Shown here: in pieces, positions 57,337 to 64,000 of the stretch
Layout: each line of letters opens with the position of its first letter
How positions within the stretch are numbered: position 1 is the stretch's first letter
The notes under the pieces: model-generated
Told to the model about the DNA's origin: nothing
Seen by the model: the letters and a program-made list of their open reading frames with translations, nothing else
The model's database searches: none
Source: Bacilli bacterium
GTDB lineage: Bacteria; Bacillota_I; Bacilli_A; RFN20; CAG-826
Direction of reading: 5' to 3'
NCBI GenBank assembly: GCA_045597865.1
Contig: JAZLKX010000052.1
Coordinates: 32,001 to 96,000, forward strand
Length of the DNA stretch: 64,000 nucleotides
Program-made: the position numbers and the translations under genes

Positions 57337-57639
57337 ATGACGACAGATCAGTTCGCGCTGTGGAAATTTAAGGCTATAGAAGGTATTCTTGAAAACTTTC
57401 AGGCTGCGGATTTTAACACAACCCGTTTTATTAAAGGCTTTGAAACATACCTTATTACTTACGATGTAGCGCATTTAACTTGTAAGATTGAAAACATGAG
57501 TAAGCTGGACTTTGATCCGATCATTGTGCCTTTCAAGGAACTTGTAAATAAACTGAAAGAAATGGGCGTGTATCGTGAACGCCGTACAATGCGCCATTCA
57601 AATTCATACATTCCATTTACAGGTAGCTTGGAGAATTAA
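57337..57639 (+). CDS. hypothetical protein
   Basis: AAGGAG RBS. Confidence 0.55.
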   Translation: MTTDQFALWKFKAIEGILENFQAADFNTTRFIKGFETYLITYDVAHLTCKIENMSKLDFDPIIVPFKELVNKLKEMGVYRERRTMRHSNSYIPFTGSLEN

Positions 57640-58143
57640 ATGACTGAACTTACAGGTTTCGTTTTAATCGCATCAATCATTGGTAACATTGCATTCGGAT
57701 TTAAATCGCTTTCACAGGTGATTAAATGTATTCGTAGCCGTTCAGTTTATGGAATTAGCCCGCTTATGCTAATTCTTGACTTCATAGGTAACATCGGCTG
57801 TGGATATTCAATTTACATGACGACAGGTTTTACTTTGTGGCCACAGTTCGTAAATTACTTCTGCGCTACATTGTTCCTGATTATCTTATTTGTGCTTTTG
57901 GCTACATTTGGAAAGAAAAAAGAGGTGCTTTGTAAAGAAAGCGAAATGATTGAAATGAAACGAAAGGCTGATATGCATGATAGGCTGCTGAAGATGGATC
58001 CTTCATATGCAAAGAAATCTGCAGCCGTAATCTTATCAGATGCAAAGATACAATGTGCTACACATAATACCAAGTATACTGTAATTGATGGGCATGTTCG
58101 CCCTATTCCAGAAGATGATCATATACAACACAATGAGGATTAG
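57640..58143 (+). CDS. PQ-loop/SemiSWEET-like 3-TM protein with soluble tail
   Basis: Q.IK..RS.SV.GIS motif, three TM helices, ..NY motif. Confidence 0.65.
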   Translation: MTELTGFVLIASIIGNIAFGFKSLSQVIKCIRSRSVYGISPLMLILDFIGNIGCGYSIYMTTGFTLWPQFVNYFCATLFLIILFVLLATFGKKKEVLCKESEMIEMKRKADMHDRLLKMDPSYAKKSAAVILSDAKIQCATHNTKYTVIDGHVRPIPEDDHIQHNED

Positions 58144-58148
58144 ATAAG

Positions 58149-58331
58149 TTGACAGATCCTGAGCAGATTAACTTAGATTTGCCTATTGACTATTCAGAAC
58201 CGTATTGTAATTTTGATAAAGAAAAATTCTCGGCTGAAAAGACAACCGAGAAAGATCCTAAATTTGAACTTGCTAAAGCGTTAGCTCAAGCAGCGATTAC
58301 TAAGACAGTTACGATTACGAAATCTTTTTAA
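58149..58331 (+). CDS. small hypothetical protein
   Basis: GAGGA RBS before a TTG start. Confidence 0.4.
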   Translation: MTDPEQINLDLPIDYSEPYCNFDKEKFSAEKTTEKDPKFELAKALAQAAITKTVTITKSF

Positions 58332-58788
58332 TTCTGAAACTGAAGAGACAGTTCTTCTTATTGTCTAAGTTATCATCACCCCAGTGTTCAGGACTTGCCG
58401 CAAACCATTCAAGTGCCTTATCAGCAACGCCTGCTTTAAAACGGCTATAACCTGCTTGGCGAACGGCACCGCGGAAGAAGTCATCACATTCTTCACGAGT
58501 GAAGGTTCCCTTGATTCCTCTAGATGAATACAAGCAGTCATGCAACACAGCACCCATGTCGTATGTCAAGTTCTTATCGTCCCACTTAGGAAGGAACCAT
58601 TGGAATGCTTTAGGCACACTAGCCCCATCTGTGCGGAAATCACGCTTGCATAACAAGTCAAGCTGATAGGTGTCTTTGTTCTTAGTATAAGTTGCGGTAA
58701 TCGTAGCGTCTTTAGTAAATGTCCAAATCTTTTTCTTTTCAGTTGTTTGAATATCAGTGAACTTTAATTCTTTCAATGATACTGCCAT
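58315..58788 (-). CDS. DUF1353-family protein
   Basis: F.TDGASVP, AVLHD.LY and R.E.D..F motifs. Confidence 0.8.
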   Translation of the reverse strand: MAVSLKELKFTDIQTTEKKKIWTFTKDATITATYTKNKDTYQLDLLCKRDFRTDGASVPKAFQWFLPKWDDKNLTYDMGAVLHDCLYSSRGIKGTFTREECDDFFRGAVRQAGYSRFKAGVADKALEWFAASPEHWGDDNLDNKKNCLFSFRIKKIS

Positions 58789-58868
58789 AATTTACCTCCT
58801 TTATTATTTACAAATTTTCTTAAAAAATTACCCACATAAATAATCCAGCTAACAAACATGGAGCTTTT

Positions 58869-60116
58869 ATGAACATTCTAATTACCAAGATGATGACCGC
58901 ACGTTTCACAACCAATACCGATCGTGAGCGTCTTTGCGGTGGGTTCGATGCAATTTCTTACATGATTCAACGTATCGCTGAATCATACCCACAACATACT
59001 TTTTACTATATTGGAGCATCTGATTTGGCAGACAGTCAATTATCTACCCCAGAAAATTTAAAGGACCTCTACACGCCTATAAAGGCGTTTGCGAAAGAGC
59101 ACGGATATGATCCAATCGCACAGGATTTGGCAAACACAAGCAAGCCTTTCTATCAAGCATGTTTAGACTACTGTAAGGAAAATGGCCTAAAATTTGACCT
59201 CGCACTTTATCAGTATGAACAGACTTTGCCTATCGCCCATTACGCCGACGGATATATTTCAGAACGAACAAAAGGCGTTCTAAAGACATTAGTATCACAA
59301 AGACATTCAGCACACGCATTTGTTCTTGCAAGCGATATGAAAGTTCCTTTGTATTTGATTGTAGATGATCCCCGCCAGATTAACCATATTCCAGCCGATA
59401 TTACCCCGCCAGTTAAGATCTTTGCACAATGCAAGGGTACTGACCATACAAGGTATTACGTTGATAAGATTCATAAGGAAGAACACGCTGTACCGATGGA
59501 ATATGCTGAAATTGAAAAATTCTACCTATTAAAGAAAGAACGAGTAAACTTTTCAAATCCTGACGAAATTCATCCAACGCCGTTTGAAACCTATAAGAAA
59601 GATCTCGGTCTTGTCATGACCTTGAACGGCAACTTTGACAGACTCGATTATGTAAGAAAGTGGCTTTTCCCGTATGACGCTGACCTAAAGATTTATGGCC
59701 GCTGGGATTCTGGTGAATTAGCTAAGAAGGTTGAAAGCCTCGGCCTAACCGACAGATTCATTGTTAAGGGTATGTCAGAGATGGAAGATGTGATGTGGCG
59801 CTCAAGATACACACTTGTTGCTCCACCATCTGCTAAGACCGCAAATTTCGTTACACAGAAGGTTTACTCTATGTTGTATTATGGCATCATGCCTTTCTGG
59901 GCAAAGGGTACATACGACATTGATAACTTCTATACTGACATTCCTTCGTTCTTTAAGGTTGAAACACCTGATGAATTGTGGAAAAAGATACGATTCTTGG
60001 ACCGTCACCCTATCTTCTATCGAGTGATGTTGCGGAAGTGCTATGATGCATTGAAACCTGAATACTTTGAGAACGACTTTGTGCACCGTATCTTTGACTG
60101 CATCTTTGAAAAATAA
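58869..60116 (+). CDS. GT-B glycosyltransferase resembling T4 DNA beta-glucosyltransferase
   Basis: DPR motif; NFVTQKVYS and ...ELWKKI..L C-terminus resemble T4 BGT as recalled from memory (DPR, NFITLRVWE, ELIDRVNEL). Confidence 0.6.
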   Translation: MNILITKMMTARFTTNTDRERLCGGFDAISYMIQRIAESYPQHTFYYIGASDLADSQLSTPENLKDLYTPIKAFAKEHGYDPIAQDLANTSKPFYQACLDYCKENGLKFDLALYQYEQTLPIAHYADGYISERTKGVLKTLVSQRHSAHAFVLASDMKVPLYLIVDDPRQINHIPADITPPVKIFAQCKGTDHTRYYVDKIHKEEHAVPMEYAEIEKFYLLKKERVNFSNPDEIHPTPFETYKKDLGLVMTLNGNFDRLDYVRKWLFPYDADLKIYGRWDSGELAKKVESLGLTDRFIVKGMSEMEDVMWRSRYTLVAPPSAKTANFVTQKVYSMLYYGIMPFWAKGTYDIDNFYTDIPSFFKVETPDELWKKIRFLDRHPIFYRVMLRKCYDALKPEYFENDFVHRIFDCIFEK

Positions 60117-60162
60117 TTTCTTACCCTCATAAATATCACAAAACATTTATTATATTTTGAAT

Positions 60163-60663
60163 ATGAAAAAATTAACCTTTGTTTTAGATGTAGATGGCGT
60201 GCTTACTGACGGTACATTTCTGTACGATGCAAACGGTAAAGCATATAAAAAGTTTGGCCCTGAAGACGCTGATGCTTTAAAGATGTTGGCTCCGTACTGC
60301 AATATCGTTTTTGCATCCGCTGACACCCGTGGTTTTGAAATCACAAAAAAGCGTGTAAACGATATGGGTTTTGAGGTTCACAACATTAAGGCTCGTGACC
60401 GTAAGAATTGGATTAAAGATAACTTTGGGCTTGAGAATACGATTTACATGGGCGACGGCCTGGTTGATATTCCGTGCCTAGAATCGGTTAAGTATTCTTA
60501 TGTGCCGGCTAACGGATCGGTTGAAGCAAAACGAGCTTGTAATAAAATACTGCAGGAAATGGGCGGTCATGGCGCTGTCGCTGAAGCCGTATATGATATT
60601 GCAGAAACATTTTTCAACAAGACATATATTGATTTACTAAAGGAGAATGGATATGACGTATAA
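60163..60663 (+). CDS. HAD phosphatase, KdsC-like
   Basis: DVDGVLTDG, YMGD..D and GG.GAV.E motifs. Confidence 0.88.
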   Translation: MKKLTFVLDVDGVLTDGTFLYDANGKAYKKFGPEDADALKMLAPYCNIVFASADTRGFEITKKRVNDMGFEVHNIKARDRKNWIKDNFGLENTIYMGDGLVDIPCLESVKYSYVPANGSVEAKRACNKILQEMGGHGAVAEAVYDIAETFFNKTYIDLLKENGYDV

Positions 60664-61231
60664 CGAATTGAAGGACAAGGTACTTGCTGAGCTTAATCAG
60701 TCGCTTAGCTCCATTGATGAACGCATCGTTGACCAACTGGCTGAAGAACTGGCTTACAAGCGCCAGGCCGTTATCGTTGGACACGCTGCTGGCCGTATGG
60801 GTTATGGTCTTCGTGCTTTCATTATGAGGCTCATGCATTTGGGCTTTCACGCTTACTGGTACAATGATACTACCATTCCGCACATGTCACCGAACGATAT
60901 GTTCATTTTCGCATCTGGCTCTGGTAAGACACGAACTGTTGTAAATCTGGCTGAAATCGCAAAAGAAAAGAGCGGCTGCCGCATTGTTTCTGTAACTGGC
61001 GATGTTGAGTCACCGCTTGCTAAGATTTCTGATTTGGTCATTAAGTTCACTGGCTGTAATAATGGATTGAACTCTGAAAATGATCCTAGTAAGATTAACA
61101 GCATTCAGCCGATGACGACTTTGAATGAACAGGCGATGTTTATTTTCTTTGATTTGCTTGCTTTGAAGATTATGGAAAAGCTTGGCGAAGACAACAACAC
61201 TCTTAGCTATCGCCATAACAATATAGAATGA
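60647..61231 (+). CDS. SIS-domain sugar-phosphate isomerase (Phi/HxlB-like)
   Basis: GR.G..L.AF.MRLMHLG, SGSGKT, SPLA, QPM.TL.EQ and RH.N.E motifs. Confidence 0.85.
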   Translation: MDMTYNELKDKVLAELNQSLSSIDERIVDQLAEELAYKRQAVIVGHAAGRMGYGLRAFIMRLMHLGFHAYWYNDTTIPHMSPNDMFIFASGSGKTRTVVNLAEIAKEKSGCRIVSVTGDVESPLAKISDLVIKFTGCNNGLNSENDPSKINSIQPMTTLNEQAMFIFFDLLALKIMEKLGEDNNTLSYRHNNIE

Positions 61232-61247
61232 TTATAAAGGAAAACAG

Positions 61248-61931
61248 ATGAATATCAGTACATCACTTATCTGTATGAACATGTCTCAGGTTGATAAAGA
61301 CATCAACCGAGTTCTTACAGCAGCTAACGGCGACACCAGATTTAACTGGTTTCATGGAGATTTTATGGATGGTCACTTTGTTCCGCGCCTTGGCATTTCG
61401 CCTGAACTTATTCGTGACATCAAGCAGGAATTTCCGAATGTACAGATTGACAGTCACTTGATGATTGATGATCCGTACACTTATGTTGATGTTATCGCTC
61501 CGTATTCTGATTGGGTCGTTTATCATTATGAAGCGGTCACTGACCCAGTTCGTACACTTCAAAAGATCCGTAAGACATGGCCGAATGTTAAGGTTGGACT
61601 TGCGATGAATTTGGCTACACCGTTTGATCCGAGCATCATTCAGCTCTTTGACGGCGTTATGTTCATGGGAATCTCTCCAGGCGTTCTTGGAACCAATTCA
61701 TATCCGCAAATCGTTGAACAGAAAATTGGCGCTGTTCCAACACATAAACATTACTTTGTTGATGGTTCTGTGAATTTCACAACACTTAAGACATACGGCG
61801 ACATCAACCCCAATGGAACACTTGTTTGTGGTTCATCTACGATGTTTAAGATTGATGATCTTACTAAGGGTATGAACCGTGATGATCTTGTCAAGTTCAA
61901 CGTGAACCGCATTAAGGAGAAAATTGTATGA
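61248..61931 (+). CDS. ribulose-phosphate 3-epimerase family protein, AlsE-like
   Basis: IS.SL.CM, H.D.MDGHFVP, D.HLM, H.E, M...PG and VDG motifs. Confidence 0.85.
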   Translation: MNISTSLICMNMSQVDKDINRVLTAANGDTRFNWFHGDFMDGHFVPRLGISPELIRDIKQEFPNVQIDSHLMIDDPYTYVDVIAPYSDWVVYHYEAVTDPVRTLQKIRKTWPNVKVGLAMNLATPFDPSIIQLFDGVMFMGISPGVLGTNSYPQIVEQKIGAVPTHKHYFVDGSVNFTTLKTYGDINPNGTLVCGSSTMFKIDDLTKGMNRDDLVKFNVNRIKEKIV

Positions 61932-63586
61932 AGAAAACCGTTGTAATTCCAGCTGCCGGCTTGGGTAGCCGTCTTAATGAATTCACGAAGAATTACAATA
62001 AGGCAATGTGTACATTGGGTCCTAAGCCTGTCATTTCATACATCATTGAGAAATTTGATGTAACCGATGAAATCATTGTGCTTCTTGGCTATAAAGGCGA
62101 TTTGCTTAAACAAGTCCTGAAAATCTGTTATCCTGACAGAAATATCAAGTTCGTAACTGTTGATGTTTATGAAGGTCCAGGTTCTGGCTTGGGTTACTCT
62201 TTGTCTTGCGCTAAGAACCTTTTGCAGAAACCGTTCTTGTTCTGGTCTAATGATAGCATTATTCAAGATGACATCAATGGATTTGACTTTGAACATAACT
62301 TTATGGTTTTGTCCAAATTTGATAAAGAAAACGCCGATTCATATCGTCATGCAAGAATCGGTAAGCACGAAGTTCAGGCAATTCTTGCTAAAGGTGATTA
62401 TGATGTAAATGGCATTAAGACTAAGCCTTACATTGGCATTTCTTACATCAAGGATTACAAACAGTTCTGGAAGGCACAGGAAGACAACTTTGAAATTTTC
62501 GTAAATGCAGGCGAAAGTGCTGGCTTGAATAATCTGAATGACATTCGTTATTACATCACAGACACTTGGCTTGACACAGGCAATAAGGAAAAGCTTATTG
62601 CTGCTAAGGAAGAATACTCTAAGAAGATGGAAGCAACGATTCTTGAAAAGCCAGACGAAGCAATTTGGTTTTTAGATGACAGAGTCGTGAAATTCCACAT
62701 TGATCCGAAGTTCATTGACGGCCGTGTAAAACGTTTCACAACATTTGTAAATCAGGCTATGGAAGATAAAGGTATCACAATTCCTGAACTTTTGAGCCAC
62801 GATAAGAATGTTTATGCTTATCGTCTTGCTGATGGCAAGGTAATGTCAAAGGAAGTAAATCCGACTAGTTTCTTGAATTTTATCGTTTCATTCTTTGAAA
62901 GCGTTGATGAACGAGAAGTTCCGTATGAAAAGAAACTTGAAATCTATAATGACTTTTATAAGAACAAAACTTTGCAGCGCATTGAGAAATACTGTAAGGA
63001 ACACGAAGATCTTGACAGCCGATGCGTCATCAATGGATTGGATTGTTACTCGGCAAAAACGATCATTGAAGATATGATTGATTGGGACGCCATTGCGAAT
63101 AAAGCTATCATCACAGATAACTATCACGGTGACTTCCATCTTGAAAATATCTTGGTGAATGAAGTTGACGGCAAAGAACAGTTCGTGATGCTTGACTGGA
63201 GACAGAACTTTGGTAAGACATTTGAAGGCGATATTTACTATGATATTGCTAAAATGTGGCATTCATTGATTGTGAACCATGGGATGGTCAAGGATAATCT
63301 TTTCCATTGTGAAGTTAAGGCAAACGGCGAGATTGAGCTTGACATCCATCGTACATTCATTGATACTGAATGTGAAGATATGTTAAAAGGTTGGCTGAAT
63401 AATTCCGCGTATGACGAAATTCATGCACAATTTTTGACTGCATTGATCTTCTTGAACATCGCTGCATGTCATACATATCCGTACTGCAAATTCTTATTCT
63501 ACTTGGGTAAGTACTTGATGAATAAATTTATCGTTGCTTATCCGCAATACTTGAAACCTGATGTTTTGAAACTTCAAGAAAATTAA
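61928..63586 (+). CDS. sugar nucleotidyltransferase fused to an APH-like phosphotransferase
   Basis: PAAGLGSRL..K and WLDTG; C-terminal HGDFHLENIL..LDWR and YYDIAK. Confidence 0.85.
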   Translation: MKKTVVIPAAGLGSRLNEFTKNYNKAMCTLGPKPVISYIIEKFDVTDEIIVLLGYKGDLLKQVLKICYPDRNIKFVTVDVYEGPGSGLGYSLSCAKNLLQKPFLFWSNDSIIQDDINGFDFEHNFMVLSKFDKENADSYRHARIGKHEVQAILAKGDYDVNGIKTKPYIGISYIKDYKQFWKAQEDNFEIFVNAGESAGLNNLNDIRYYITDTWLDTGNKEKLIAAKEEYSKKMEATILEKPDEAIWFLDDRVVKFHIDPKFIDGRVKRFTTFVNQAMEDKGITIPELLSHDKNVYAYRLADGKVMSKEVNPTSFLNFIVSFFESVDEREVPYEKKLEIYNDFYKNKTLQRIEKYCKEHEDLDSRCVINGLDCYSAKTIIEDMIDWDAIANKAIITDNYHGDFHLENILVNEVDGKEQFVMLDWRQNFGKTFEGDIYYDIAKMWHSLIVNHGMVKDNLFHCEVKANGEIELDIHRTFIDTECEDMLKGWLNNSAYDEIHAQFLTALIFLNIAACHTYPYCKFLFYLGKYLMNKFIVAYPQYLKPDVLKLQEN

Positions 63587-63593
63587 AATAATA

Positions 63594-63623
63594 AAAAGCG
63601 GCTGAAACATGCCGCTTTTCTTT
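63594..63623 (+). terminator. intrinsic terminator closing the sugar operon
   Basis: AAAAGCGGC/GCCGCTTTT stem followed by T-rich sequence. Confidence 0.7.
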
Positions 63624-63636
63624 ACTGGAGAAAATT

Positions 63637-64000
63637 ATGACGCTTAGCCATAACCCATGTGCACTAGAAGAATACATTGCCTCAAAGTTCATCGAGATGG
63701 GATTGATTACACAGGCACAGATTGAAGAAGCAAGATCTGTGAGAAATGACCGCTACCAGCCATATAGCCGATTGAATGAAGTTTTCAGCCGTGGCTATTA
63801 TGTTGGTTGGAACGATGTGTTTGCATTCCGTATGAGTATCCTTGGACTTACAAAAGCATTCACTGAGCCCGGACTTGCCTATTATTCAGATTCCAGATTA
63901 TGGGCAGCATTTCATTGATGCGCTTGATCTTGCCAATGTCAATGTGAATTTTATGAGAAGAGGTAACTGCAAAGCATCATCAACATATTTGAAGATTCCT
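63637..64000 (+). CDS. hypothetical protein, probably frameshifted near 63870 and running off the window
   Basis: GGAG RBS; removing one C from 63868-63870 gives EPDLPIIQIPDYGQHF..., open to the window end. Confidence 0.4.

Overview
This window looks like part of a large T4-like (myovirus/jumbo) phage genome. The evidence is gp46/gp47, uvsY, uvsW, a gp14-like neck gene, an ATP-dependent DNA ligase, ThyX, TATAAATA late promoters and a recurring sigma70-type early promoter. About 1-22 kb holds structural, recombination and glycan-modification genes; about 22-64 kb is a dense accessory region. Main observations: (1) uvsW is fractured by a naturally split intein inside its DECH box, with an endonuclease gene between the halves. 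(2) A complete four-enzyme deamidating NAD+ salvage route is present (PncA, PncB, NadD-Nudix, NadE). (3) Two covarying stem-closed RNA units, one showing a tRNA-Tyr-like anticodon loop, lie between a promoter and a terminator in front of a DUF2828/TROVE-like gene, in a genome that also has two RNA ligases. (4) A T4 beta-glucosyltransferase-like gene heads an operon (HAD phosphatase, SIS isomerase, AlsE-like epimerase, NTP-transferase/kinase) that may put an unusual sugar on DNA. (5) A ~280-nt structured non-coding segment lies beside uvsY. (6) Several genes appear to carry an in-frame TAG. All family calls come from motif recognition by eye; no database search was run.
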